Assembly: GCA_018396775.1 (NCBI GenBank)
Contig: JAGTRF010000004.1
Span: 16,214-80,213 of the forward strand
DNA: 64,000 nucleotides
Direction: 5' to 3'
Source: Candidatus Bathyarchaeota archaeon
Lineage (GTDB): Archaea; Thermoproteota; Bathyarchaeia; 40CM-2-53-6; DTDX01
In this document: piece after piece, positions 37,413 to 46,917 of the stretch
Numbering within the stretch: the stretch's first letter is position 1
How the letters are laid out: every line of letters begins with the position of its first letter
Translations under genes and position numbers: made by a program
Notes under the pieces: model-generated
What the model was told of the DNA's origin: nothing
Seen by the model: only the letters and a program-made list of their open reading frames with translations
Database searches by the model: none

Positions 37413-39845
37413 TTAAAGTGTTACTTCAACTTTAATATCTTCTTCATCAATTAAAGATTTAACTTCAATAAAGTTTATGATGCATGTTTGAGCAATCAAA
37501 TCTAAATATTTACTTAAAGCTTCTTTCTCTTTAACATAAATTATTGCTTTGCTTAATGGAGTTTTTAATGAAACTTTTTTTTCAGCTTTCAGCCGCCTGA
37601 TAGTTGCTATAACGTTTACTATTAAATCACCAAGTTTTTCATCTTCATTTGAAATTAAATTTTTGTTTTGTGAAGGCCACTTAGTTAAGTGAATGCTTTG
37701 TTCACTTTTCCCATTAACTATTGGTTTAATTATTTGATAAATGGTCTCAGTTATATGAGGGCATATAGGAGCTAACAGTTGGATTATTCTATATAAAGTG
37801 TAGACTAAAGTGTATTGAGCAGCTTCCTTGCTTAAACTATCTTTCGGCAGCTTGAGTCGAAGCTTTACAGCCTCTAAATAATGATCGCAAAAAATATGCC
37901 ATGTAAAGTTTCTTATAGCTTCTATAGCTATGTTAAATTGAAAGTTTTCTAGCGCATTGGTTACCTCTTCTGTAAGCTTTTCAAGTTTGCTAAGAAGCCA
38001 TTTATCTAAAACCTCCAGCTTATATTGTTTATCCTCCATCTTAAAATTGTTTAAGTTCATTAGAATAAACCTTGAAGCATTCCAAAGTTTTGTTAAAAAT
38101 CTTTTCCCATACTCAACGTCACTCCACCTAAATGGCACATCGTATCCTGTTGAACCTCCGCCAGCAGCCCATTGTCTAAGCGCATCTGCTCCATATTTTT
38201 CAATAACAGCGTTAGCTTCCACATAATTTCCATAAGATTTATGCATCATTCTTCCATCTGATCCTCTTACCATTCCATTAATTAAAACAGTTTTATATGG
38301 AGCTATATTAAATAAAGCTAAATGTTTAACCATAAGATAGTAATCCCAAGTTCTAATTATGTCTAAGCCGTTTGGTTGAAGATCAGCTGGAAAAAGCTTC
38401 TTAAATGTTTTAGGGTTGTTTGGCCAACCAGCATGCACAGCGCATGTAATTGATGAGTCCATCCATGTATCCATCACATCGATTTCTCCAGTAAATTCAT
38501 TTGATCCACATTTAGGGCAAGAAGAAATTTTAGGTTTTTCAAATCTAGGATCTATTGGAAGCCACTCTTTTTCCGCAACAATAATTTCCTTGCATTTTAC
38601 GCAATACCAAACTGGAATTGGTGTAGCGAACATTCTTTGCCTTGAGATAACCCAATCCCAATCTAAAGATAAAGCCCAATCAATCATTCTTTTTTTAGCG
38701 AAAGATGGAATCCATTCAACTTTTTCAGTCCATTTAATAACTTCATCAGTCATTTCTCTAGTTTTCATAAACCATTGAGGTTTAGATAATATTTCTACAG
38801 GTGTATGGCATCTCCAGCATGTGCCAACGCTTTGCTTTAAAAACTCTTTTTTAACTATTAAGTTTTCTTTCTCTAAATCTTCAATAATCGCTTTTTTGCA
38901 TTCATGAATAAATAATCCAGCGTATTTTCCAGCTTTTTCATTCATTTTACCATCCTCAGTTATAACTATAATTTGCGGTAAATTATGTCTTTTCTGCCAT
39001 TTCACATCAGTTTTATCTCCATAGGTACAAATCATTACAACACCTGTTCCAAATTTTGGGTCAACTTCATCATCTGATATAATTTTAACTTTTTTATTAA
39101 ATAATGGGATTTCAACAAATTTTCCAATTATATTTAAGTATCTCTCATCATTTGGATTAACTGCTACAGCAACACATGCTGAAATAAGTTCAGGCCTAGT
39201 TGTAGCTATTAAAAGATCCTTTTCAGCTTCATCAATTAATTTAAATTTAATATAGTTTAAAATTGTTTCTCTCTCGATATATTCTACTTCAGCTTCAGCT
39301 ATAGCTGTTTCGCATCTAGGACACCAGTTTACTGGGTGCTCTCCTCTATAAAGCTTACCTTTCTTATAAAGAAGAATAAATGAGAGTTGTGTAAGCTTAT
39401 AATATTCCGGATCCATAGTTTTATATTCTAAAAACCAATCTATAGAATATCCTATTTTCTTCATTGTAGTCTTCATTTCATTAATATATTCTAGCGTTAA
39501 TTGAATGCAGAGCTTTCTAAACTCGTTTATTGAAAGATCTTTTTTTCTAACTTTAAATTTTGTTTCAGCTCTAACTTCTGTTGGAAGTCCATGGCAATCC
39601 CAGCCTTGAGGAAAATGAACGTTAAAACCTTTCATTCGTTTATATCTAGCTATAAAATCGAAGTAACACCAGTTTAAAGCGTTTCCCATATGAAATTCTC
39701 CGCTGGGATATGGGGGTGGAGTATCAATGGCGTATGTTGGTTTAGTTTCATCTTTAAAGTTAAATCGGTAGATTCCCCATTCTTCCCAAAGCTTTTGCCA
39801 TTTAGATTCATTATCTTTAGGGTTATAGGTTTTAGGCAGCTCCAA
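37413..39845 (-). CDS. valS: valyl-tRNA synthetase (class I; compact 810 aa form)
   Basis: YNPKDNESKWQKLWEE N-terminus; PPPYPSGEFHMGN (HIGH-type); editing domain; KMSKS-like MHKSYGN. Confidence 0.75.
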   Translation of the reverse strand: MELPKTYNPKDNESKWQKLWEEWGIYRFNFKDETKPTYAIDTPPPYPSGEFHMGNALNWCYFDFIARYKRMKGFNVHFPQGWDCHGLPTEVRAETKFKVRKKDLSINEFRKLCIQLTLEYINEMKTTMKKIGYSIDWFLEYKTMDPEYYKLTQLSFILLYKKGKLYRGEHPVNWCPRCETAIAEAEVEYIERETILNYIKFKLIDEAEKDLLIATTRPELISACVAVAVNPNDERYLNIIGKFVEIPLFNKKVKIISDDEVDPKFGTGVVMICTYGDKTDVKWQKRHNLPQIIVITEDGKMNEKAGKYAGLFIHECKKAIIEDLEKENLIVKKEFLKQSVGTCWRCHTPVEILSKPQWFMKTREMTDEVIKWTEKVEWIPSFAKKRMIDWALSLDWDWVISRQRMFATPIPVWYCVKCKEIIVAEKEWLPIDPRFEKPKISSCPKCGSNEFTGEIDVMDTWMDSSITCAVHAGWPNNPKTFKKLFPADLQPNGLDIIRTWDYYLMVKHLALFNIAPYKTVLINGMVRGSDGRMMHKSYGNYVEANAVIEKYGADALRQWAAGGGSTGYDVPFRWSDVEYGKRFLTKLWNASRFILMNLNNFKMEDKQYKLEVLDKWLLSKLEKLTEEVTNALENFQFNIAIEAIRNFTWHIFCDHYLEAVKLRLKLPKDSLSKEAAQYTLVYTLYRIIQLLAPICPHITETIYQIIKPIVNGKSEQSIHLTKWPSQNKNLISNEDEKLGDLIVNVIATIRRLKAEKKVSLKTPLSKAIIYVKEKEALSKYLDLIAQTCIINFIEVKSLIDEEDIKVEVTL

Positions 39846-39899
39846 TTAAAGATTTCACCTAAAGCTACACTGCACAAAATCTTTTTAAAATTTATTGAT

Positions 39900-40937
39900 T
39901 TAAAGTTTAAATCTCTTTATAAAGCTGGAGTTTTTAGATGCAATAAACCGCAAGCTTTTAGCCATAAAGCTTACTATAAAAAAGCCAATTGTTAAAATTC
40001 CTAAACCGAATGTAAACCAATTAATTAATGTTGAAATTATTGAATTTAAAAACTGTTTTTCAACAGCTAAATCGTAAATGTATCCGTAATAATTAAAAAA
40101 CCAGTGAAATAAAATTGAGGCGTGAGCGCCGTATCGAAGATAAACCAAACCAAAAATTAAGCCTGCTAATGAAGCTGAAGTTATTTTTCCCATTTCCCAA
40201 CCTGAACCGGCAAGATAATGCGCTAAACCAAAACCTAATGAAGTTAAAATTAACAGTAGCCATTCTCCAAGCTTTACGCCTTTAAACCATCCATTTGCTT
40301 CAATATTTTCTATACCAATAGTTTTTTTAGCTTTATCTGGATAAAGAAAGGCTAAAACTAAAGTTTTTAAAATCAAGGTTTTAGGAGCTTTAATTGTTTT
40401 AATTAAACAGGAAATTATTGAGGCTAACCCTATAAGGGATATTCTAAACCCTAACTCTTCAATTATAGGCGAGTAAGCTAAACTAAATAAAGCTTCATAA
40501 GGGTTTTGAAATTGAATAGAGCCTGTTGGAATGCCATGTGTTTCTTGAAGGCTTTGAATAAAAATTATTGCGATTAAAAGAGAGCTTGAAGCTAAAGGCA
40601 TAAGCGTTAACCAATTTTTAGAAAGTAATTTTGGATTCAAAACTGCTTTATGAAATGGTGTGTCAAGCTTCCATGAAGCAATTAAACATAATGAATATAA
40701 TAAGAGTAATATTGCGAATAAAAAACCTAAATTAACTCTTAATGGAGACCAAAAATCTATAGCGAAAAAAATTATTAAAACTTTAACTTTGCTAGCAATT
40801 AAAGCTGCGTTTTCTTTATTTAAAAACATTAAGATGAAACCTAAGGGAATAGAAAAAAAATATGTAGCTACTATAATTGTTATAGATGCGCTTAAACTTA
40901 ATTCTGCAACCTTAAAAAGCGTTTTAACAGCATTCAA
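39900..40937 (-). CDS. CPBP-family intramembrane glutamic endopeptidase (CAAX protease/Abi-like)
   Basis: PIIEELGFRISLIGL (EExxxR motif) and FGLAHYL (second His motif) within a polytopic membrane protein. Confidence 0.65.
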   Translation of the reverse strand: MNAVKTLFKVAELSLSASITIIVATYFFSIPLGFILMFLNKENAALIASKVKVLIIFFAIDFWSPLRVNLGFLFAILLLLYSLCLIASWKLDTPFHKAVLNPKLLSKNWLTLMPLASSSLLIAIIFIQSLQETHGIPTGSIQFQNPYEALFSLAYSPIIEELGFRISLIGLASIISCLIKTIKAPKTLILKTLVLAFLYPDKAKKTIGIENIEANGWFKGVKLGEWLLLILTSLGFGLAHYLAGSGWEMGKITSASLAGLIFGLVYLRYGAHASILFHWFFNYYGYIYDLAVEKQFLNSIISTLINWFTFGLGILTIGFFIVSFMAKSLRFIASKNSSFIKRFKL

Positions 40938-40952
40938 ATCTTCTTTCTTCTC

Positions 40953-42161
40953 TCAGCAAACTTCATAGCGTTCTTTAACTAAGCTTTCGCAAAACTGGTC
41001 GATTTTACTTAATTCCTCCTGAATTATTTCTTCCACCTGTTTTGAAATATTTGAAAATTTAATGTTAGATTCTAAAATTAATTGAGCTGAAGCTATTTTA
41101 GGTTGATTTATTGGTTGACCAATTTCACTTAAAAGCCATACGTAAACCTCTTTTATTCCAGGCGTTTCTTGATAAATTTTTTCAGCCATTTTATAGCTTA
41201 AAATATTATAGATTTTACCTATATGGCTTACAGGGTTTTTTCCAGCAGCTGCTTCTGAAGAAGTGGGCCTATTTAATGGTATTATGCCGTTAACTCTATT
41301 CCCTCTTCCAACTTGACCACAATCTCCATCATCAGCTGAAGTTCCAAGAACTGTTAAATACATTCCCCCCATTCCTCTACCTTTTCTATCAAGCGTGTTA
41401 AGGCTTATAGAAGTCTTCATATTTGTTTTTGAATTTACGAATTCTTTAACCTCCTCTAAGATTTCGCTTTTTCTTTTAAAATAATCATCTTCGCTTTCTA
41501 TAAATTTATCCACAAAAGCCATGGCTATAGTTAATTGAAGATTATTGTTCTTCCTTAAGCCCATGATTTTAACATCTTCTCCAGATTCAGGATGCTTTTT
41601 CTTAAAGTCTTTAGAGTTAAGAAATCTTTCAGTTTCAAAAACAATTTTTTCAGTTTCAGTCATTGGAAAGAAGCCTACAGCTGCTGAAGTATCATTTGCT
41701 CCTAAAATTTTTCCCCCTCTTTTAAAAATATCTGTAAGCGCTTCTGAACCTCTTTTAAGTTCAACTTGATATTTCACATGCTCTTCAGGATTAACAAATC
41801 TTAAGTTTCTTTTAAACCATTCTCTAGCTGTTTTAACAACAATTTCATTTACTGGAATTTCTTCTTCATCAACTTTAAATGTAGCTCTATCGCCGAAAAC
41901 CATAAGCATAGGGTTTAAAACTTTTCCGCCTCCAAATCTTCTTTCAACCTCTCCAGCTACTAGCAATCCTTTATCAATATTATGATGCATTATAGCGCCG
42001 AATTTTTTTAGATACTCTTTTGAAAGAGCAATTGAAACTTCGTTAGCTATAGCATCGCATATATAATCTGGATGACCAACTCCTTTTCTTTCGCAAATTT
42101 CTATTGGCTGGTTTTCTAATGGAATTTGTTTTAATTCAGCTACAACTATATTATTACTCAT
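40953..42161 (-). CDS. mat: S-adenosylmethionine synthetase, archaeal type
   Basis: ICERKGVGHPDYICDAIANEVS plus 400 aa of archaeal-MAT-like sequence. Confidence 0.8.
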   Translation of the reverse strand: MSNNIVVAELKQIPLENQPIEICERKGVGHPDYICDAIANEVSIALSKEYLKKFGAIMHHNIDKGLLVAGEVERRFGGGKVLNPMLMVFGDRATFKVDEEEIPVNEIVVKTAREWFKRNLRFVNPEEHVKYQVELKRGSEALTDIFKRGGKILGANDTSAAVGFFPMTETEKIVFETERFLNSKDFKKKHPESGEDVKIMGLRKNNNLQLTIAMAFVDKFIESEDDYFKRKSEILEEVKEFVNSKTNMKTSISLNTLDRKGRGMGGMYLTVLGTSADDGDCGQVGRGNRVNGIIPLNRPTSSEAAAGKNPVSHIGKIYNILSYKMAEKIYQETPGIKEVYVWLLSEIGQPINQPKIASAQLILESNIKFSNISKQVEEIIQEELSKIDQFCESLVKERYEVC

Positions 42162-42217
42162 TTTGCTTCACGTGAATTTCAATCAAATAAATTCTTATAT
42201 TAATATTATTATGTTTA

Positions 42218-42239
42218 TTTTATTCTTATAGGAATAAAA
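42218..42239. promoter_or_regulatory. perfect 8-bp inverted repeat with 6-nt spacer (TTTTATTC-ttatag-GAATAAAA) in the divergent mat / HTH-CBS intergenic region; candidate operator
   Basis: Centred ~43 nt upstream of the HTH-CBS start and ~68 nt upstream of the mat start. Confidence 0.3.
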
Positions 42240-42270
42240 TTTTTAAGTAACCAACTGCTAATTTAACTTT

Positions 42271-42831
42271 ATGCTTCCATCATTAAAGGAGATAGAGCTT
42301 AAAAGAAAAAGCTTAGGGTTAAATCAAAAGCAATTAGCTAAACTTGCTGGAGTAAGCCAATCTTTTATAGCAAAAATAGAATCTGGAAAAATTAATCCTT
42401 CATATGAAAAAACAAAAACGATTTTTGACGTTCTTGAAAGCGTAGAAAGGCGAAGAGAAATAAAAATTGAGCAAATAATGCATAAAGAGGTTGTAGGAGT
42501 TAATAAAAAAGATTCTGTAGTTAAAGTAGCTCGTTTAATGAGTGAAACAGGGTATTCTCAGCTTCCAGTTTTTAATGAAGAAAAAAAGGTTGTTGGAAGC
42601 GTAACAGAAAAAACAATTCTCGATCAAATTGTTAGAGCTAAAGATCCAAAAGAGCTTTCAAACCTTTCTGTAGAAGAAATAATGGAGGGGGCTTTTCCAA
42701 CTATAGATGAAAAATCGCCGGTAGAAACTGCTTCATTTCTTTTGCAGTATTCGCCAGCAGTACTTGTAGTAAGAAAAGGCGAAGTTGCAGGTATAGTAAC
42801 TAAAGCAGACCTGCTTAAAACAATTCATTAA
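42271..42831 (+). CDS. HTH (XRE/Cro-like) plus tandem CBS-domain transcriptional regulator
   Basis: N-terminal LGLNQKQLAKLAGVSQSFIAKIESGK HTH; then two CBS repeats (IMHKEVVGVNKKDSVVKVARLM..., VEEIMEGAFPTIDEKSPVETASFLL...). Confidence 0.7.
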   Translation: MLPSLKEIELKRKSLGLNQKQLAKLAGVSQSFIAKIESGKINPSYEKTKTIFDVLESVERRREIKIEQIMHKEVVGVNKKDSVVKVARLMSETGYSQLPVFNEEKKVVGSVTEKTILDQIVRAKDPKELSNLSVEEIMEGAFPTIDEKSPVETASFLLQYSPAVLVVRKGEVAGIVTKADLLKTIH

Positions 42832-42835
42832 ATAA

Positions 42836-44047
42836 TCATTTTCTTTTTGATGCTGCTACAATATGAATTATATCTCTATCTCTTAATGTATAATTTACTG
42901 GAAGCCTTAACCCTGTTCTAGCATCAATACCATAAATTAATGTTTGAGCAAGCTCTGTATGAATTTGAGCAGCTAAATCCTTAATTGTTGAATCTTTTGA
43001 AACTAAAAAAGCGTCAGGTAAAACATTTCCTTTTTTATCTGATAAATGCTCAGCATCCTCAACTGGATAAACAACATTCATTCCTAAAAGCTTAAAAACG
43101 CTTAAGTTTAAAGCAAATTGAACCCCTGTTCCAATAAATTTAGATAAAACCCTTTGCTGAACATAATTTAAAGCCCATTTCTGCTCTTTTGTAAGCTTGC
43201 TTTCATCCACCACTTTAAAAGCTTCCTCTCCAGGAATATATTTTATAAAACCTTTTTGCTCAGCTCTACGCAAGGCTAATTCAGCATCGCTAGAGCATGG
43301 AACAATAATAATTTCTTTAAATTCCTCACTTAACTTTTTAAAGTTTTCTTCAGCTGGCCCTATATCCATTTTATTCGCAATTATTATCGTAGGTTTAGAA
43401 AGCGATCTAAGCTCTTTAGCGAAATTTAAATAATCTTTTTCAAACCAATTCTCCATCCTTTTATTTTTTAAACCTGAAGCTTCTAAAGCCTTAGCTACAT
43501 GAGTTAACTTAATTTTTAATCCAGCTAAAACCTCAGCTATAGCTTCAGCTAAATCCCCACCTTTATCAACTTGCTTAATTATCTTTTTCGAGCTTCTCTC
43601 TATAGTTTTCGCAAACCATCGTGTTAACTCCTCCTCAACATCATAAACATCCAATATAGGGTTTCCAAATCCAGGTTTAGTTAGCCTACCCTCGCTATCA
43701 ACGCTTCCAGAAGCATCAACCACATGAAGCAAAACATCAGCTTGAGCTGCAATGCTTAAAAAAGCTGTTCCTAAACCTTTTCCAAGCCATGCTCCTTTAA
43801 TTAAACCAGGAAGATCAATTAATTCTACTGGGATAAAACGCCAACCATCAATGCAAAAAGAGTTTTGCGGATTATCTTTAACGCCAAGCTCTTTGCAAAC
43901 ACAAATAGTTTGAATGTAAGCTCTCCCTATATTAGGCTCTTTCGTTGTAAAAGGATAAGTGGAAACTTCAGCTGAAAGCAAGGTAGCAGCATTAAAAAAA
44001 GTAGTTTTCCCAGCGTTAGTTTTTCCAATCAAACCTATTTTAATCAT
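42836..44047 (-). CDS. Obg/DRG/YchF-type GTPase (ORF track starts at 44074; internal ATG at 44047 fits the P-loop spacing)
   Basis: IGLIGKTNAGKTTFFNA G1 motif; YPFTT G2; IDLPGL G3; NKMD G4. Confidence 0.65.
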   Translation of the reverse strand: MIKIGLIGKTNAGKTTFFNAATLLSAEVSTYPFTTKEPNIGRAYIQTICVCKELGVKDNPQNSFCIDGWRFIPVELIDLPGLIKGAWLGKGLGTAFLSIAAQADVLLHVVDASGSVDSEGRLTKPGFGNPILDVYDVEEELTRWFAKTIERSSKKIIKQVDKGGDLAEAIAEVLAGLKIKLTHVAKALEASGLKNKRMENWFEKDYLNFAKELRSLSKPTIIIANKMDIGPAEENFKKLSEEFKEIIIVPCSSDAELALRRAEQKGFIKYIPGEEAFKVVDESKLTKEQKWALNYVQQRVLSKFIGTGVQFALNLSVFKLLGMNVVYPVEDAEHLSDKKGNVLPDAFLVSKDSTIKDLAAQIHTELAQTLIYGIDARTGLRLPVNYTLRDRDIIHIVAASKRK

Positions 44048-44182
44048 AAGCCAAACCATTATAAACCTACACATTACTTAGATTTAAAAATTTAATTTTA
44101 AAAGCTTAAAAATAACTTTAAAAAATAAAATCAATAAAAAGAATGTAAATTTAAGAAAAATATTATAAAAAAGGGAATATAA

Positions 44183-44656
44183 ATGAATAAAATATATAAA
44201 AACATTATATGCGTATTTATTATAATTATTATTGCAATTATTTCGGTATTTGGCATACGCATTTTGCTTAAATCGACACCTGAAACCATATCTAATAACT
44301 CAACCTCGATATGCCCTATATGCACTTATTTAACGTCATATATGTTTTATCAAAATATAACTGTTAACGAGTTGAAAGCTATGCTAGATGAAGAAGCAAA
44401 CATAACTATCGTTGATGTAAGAATGCCTGAAGAATATGCAAATGGTCATATACCAAACGCCATAAATATTCCAATGCATAAAATTTCATCAAGAGTAAAT
44501 GAGATAAAAGGAAAAAATGTTGTTGTTTATTGCAATTCTGGTGCTAAAAGCAAAGCATCCGCTAGAATACTAGTTGTAAATGGTGTTCAAAATGTTTGGA
44601 ATTTAGCCGGCGGTTTAAAAGCTTGGATTGCTGCAGGTTATCCTATTGAAAAATAA
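44183..44656 (+). CDS. rhodanese-domain sulfurtransferase with N-terminal membrane anchor
   Basis: N-terminal TM (IICVFIIIIIAIISVFGI); rhodanese fold IVDVRMPEEYANGHIPNAINIP...VVVYCNSGAKS with active-site Cys. Confidence 0.7.
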   Translation: MNKIYKNIICVFIIIIIAIISVFGIRILLKSTPETISNNSTSICPICTYLTSYMFYQNITVNELKAMLDEEANITIVDVRMPEEYANGHIPNAINIPMHKISSRVNEIKGKNVVVYCNSGAKSKASARILVVNGVQNVWNLAGGLKAWIAAGYPIEK

Positions 44657-44747
44657 ACTTTTTCCTTTACTTTTAAGCTATTAAATATTACTCGACTATT
44701 TTAGACTGAGACTGGTTTAGGGGATCTAAGCAAAGCGTTAACTCATT

Positions 44748-44771
44748 ATTATAGCAAGCTTTTGCTATAAT
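44748..44771. other. 10-bp perfect hairpin (ATTATAGCAA-gctt-TTGCTATAAT) between the rhodanese gene and tRNA-Thr; possible terminator or processing signal
   Basis: Perfect inverted repeat with a 4-nt loop, ~45 nt from the tRNA 3' end and ~90 nt from the rhodanese stop. Confidence 0.25.
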
Positions 44772-44813
44772 CTGCTTATAATGCAAATCTCCCTTAAAAA
44801 TTGCATATACTGA

Positions 44814-44887
44814 AGCCCCGGGCGGGCTTCGAACCCGCGACCTGCGGCTTACGAGGCCGCCGCTCTACCAGGCTAAGCCACCGGGGC
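44814..44887 (-). tRNA. tRNA-Thr(CGU), 74 nt, no intron, CCA not encoded
   Basis: Reverse complement: GCCCCGG-TG-GCTT-AGCCTGGTAGAGC-GGCGG-CCTCGTAA-GCCGC-AGGTC-GCGGG-TTCGAAG-CCCGC-CCGGGGC-T. Very GC-rich stems. Confidence 0.85.
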
Positions 44888-44937
44888 TTAATTTTAAATT
44901 AAAGTTTAATTAAAGCGTTTAAAGAGGATGCTTAAAT

Positions 44938-45936
44938 TTGTTTACAGCTGAAAATTTAGGGGAGAGAGAAATTATAAAGCTTTTTCTTAAATTTTTTATT
45001 TCATCCCCTTCAGAGTTAAAGTTTTTTAATGAAGATGTAGCTTTAGTTAAATTGCCTAGGGGTAAAGCAGTTGTTTTAAAGTGCGATATGCTTGTTTCAT
45101 CTACAGATGTCCCGCCTGGAATGAGTTTTAAGCAAGTTGGTAGAAAAGCTGTTGTTTCAACAGTTAGTGATTTCGCTGCTAAAGGCGTTAAACCTTTAGC
45201 GCTTTTAGTTTCTGTAGGATTGCCTAAACATATGCTTAAAAATGAGTTGAAGCAATTAGCTTTAGGTTTAGCTTCTGGAGCTAAAGAATATAATGTTAAA
45301 ATCATTGGCGGCGATACGAATGAATCCAAAGAATTAATAATTGATTGTATTGGTTATGGATTATGTAATGAAAAAAATTTATTTTTTAGATGGGGCGCTA
45401 AACCGGGGGATATTTTAGCTTCAACTGGAGAGTTTGGAGCAGCTTCAGCTGGGCTTAAAATAGCTTTAAACAGTTTTAAAGCTTCAAAAAGTTTGAGGCG
45501 AAAATTGCTTAAATCAGTTTATATGCCTAAAGCTCATTTAAAAGAGGGGTTAGCATTATCTAAAGTTAAAGCAGCAACAGCTTCTATTGATTCAAGCGAT
45601 GGATTAGCTTGGTCTCTTTTCGAGCTTTCTAAAATGAGTAAGGTAGGCTTTATTATAAAAAATTTACCTATCTCAAAAGAGGTTTTAATGCTTGCTAAAT
45701 TAAATAAGTTGAATCCTATTAAGCTAGCACTTTACGGTGGAGAAGAATTCAATTTAATTTTAACTATAAGGCGGGATAAATGGAGTAAAGCTTTAAAGGC
45801 TGTAAAAGCGGTTGGAGGAGAGCTTTATTTTTTAGGTGAAGTTGTTAAAGAAAAAAAGCTTGTTTTAAGCTTAAAGGATAGGGGAGAAGAGAAAATTAAG
45901 CCTTTAGGTTGGGAGCATTTAAAAAAGAAGTGGTAA
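44938..45936 (+). CDS. thiL: thiamine-monophosphate kinase-like protein (PurM/AIR-synthase-related superfamily)
   Basis: GEREIIKLF...FNEDVALVKLP...KCDMLVSSTDV...VSDFAAKGVKPLALLVSVGLP...GGDTNES follows the ThiL/PurM pattern. Confidence 0.55.
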   Translation: MFTAENLGEREIIKLFLKFFISSPSELKFFNEDVALVKLPRGKAVVLKCDMLVSSTDVPPGMSFKQVGRKAVVSTVSDFAAKGVKPLALLVSVGLPKHMLKNELKQLALGLASGAKEYNVKIIGGDTNESKELIIDCIGYGLCNEKNLFFRWGAKPGDILASTGEFGAASAGLKIALNSFKASKSLRRKLLKSVYMPKAHLKEGLALSKVKAATASIDSSDGLAWSLFELSKMSKVGFIIKNLPISKEVLMLAKLNKLNPIKLALYGGEEFNLILTIRRDKWSKALKAVKAVGGELYFLGEVVKEKKLVLSLKDRGEEKIKPLGWEHLKKKW

Positions 45937-45992
45937 ATAAACTTTTTTAATAAGGAATTTTAGCTTATATGGTTAACGAACGGTGAAATTTA

Positions 45993-46892
45993 ATGACTCA
46001 AAAAAAGATTTTAGCTGCAAGCTTGCTGCTGAACTTTATTTTAGCCATGTTTATAGGTATTGTTTTTATTCAATTTTACTCTTTGAAATCCCAAATTGAA
46101 GCTTTAAAAGAGGAGAATATGCTTTTAAATAAGGAATTTAACGCTTTAAAACAGAAAAATGAAATTCTTCAAAGTCAATTAGATTATTATAAAACGCAAG
46201 CTGATTATTATTCTACTATTTATAATAAATCTGTTTTAATTGTTGAAGGAATTTTAGGCGAATCGATAGTAAATATAGTTGCTGTTAAAGAGGTTCCATT
46301 AAGCTTTTTTGAAGTTTCTTATGAAGGTGTAGTAATGAAAGTTAAAGTTGAGCTTAAGCAAGGGGAAGGACGGATTTTAATAAACACTCAACCTAGAGTT
46401 GGTATAGATCTTCAAACAAGCGCTAGAACAGCTAAATTGATTGCTGAAAACTTTACTAAAAAATCTTTAGATAAAACTGATGTGATTTTGACAGTTATAG
46501 CTGAGTCTGATGTTAATGTTGTTGATGGGCCAAGCGCTGGAGCAGCTATAACAATAGCAATTATTTCAGCTATTCTTAACAAAACTTTAAAAAACGATAT
46601 TTATATAACTGGAACAATAAATCCTGATGGAGCCATAGGGTGGGTTGGTGGAATACCTGAAAAAGCTGTTGCAGCCGCTAAACAAAACGCTATTAAATTT
46701 TTGGTTCCAAAAGGGCAAAAAATTATTTCTATATTAAAACCTGAAAAAAAAGAACCCATTCCTGGAGTAACAATAGTTACTTATAAAGTTGAAGAAATCG
46801 ATTTAAATGAGTATTTAAAGGAGTTTGGATTTAAAACTGAAGTAATCGAAGTTGAATCTATATTTGAAGCTTATAGAGAATTTACTTTATGA
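45993..46892 (+). CDS. membrane-anchored Lon-protease-like (S16 peptidase) domain protein without an ATPase domain
   Basis: N-terminal TM (LAASLLLNFILAMFIGIVFI), coiled coil, then S16 signature VVDGPSAGAAITIAIISAIL...YITGTINPDGAIGWVGGIPEKAVAAAK (Ser in PSAG, downstream Lys). Confidence 0.6.
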   Translation: MTQKKILAASLLLNFILAMFIGIVFIQFYSLKSQIEALKEENMLLNKEFNALKQKNEILQSQLDYYKTQADYYSTIYNKSVLIVEGILGESIVNIVAVKEVPLSFFEVSYEGVVMKVKVELKQGEGRILINTQPRVGIDLQTSARTAKLIAENFTKKSLDKTDVILTVIAESDVNVVDGPSAGAAITIAIISAILNKTLKNDIYITGTINPDGAIGWVGGIPEKAVAAAKQNAIKFLVPKGQKIISILKPEKKEPIPGVTIVTYKVEEIDLNEYLKEFGFKTEVIEVESIFEAYREFTL

Positions 46893-46917
46893 AAATTATT
46901 TTTCAAGGTTATTAAAA

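Noticed and set aside
44660-44813. GC-containing intergenic stretch (gactgagactggtttaggggatc...) as a C/D-box sRNA or additional tRNA
   Set aside because: No C box (RUGAUGA) or cloverleaf could be found. Only the 10-bp hairpin at 44748..44771 is reported.
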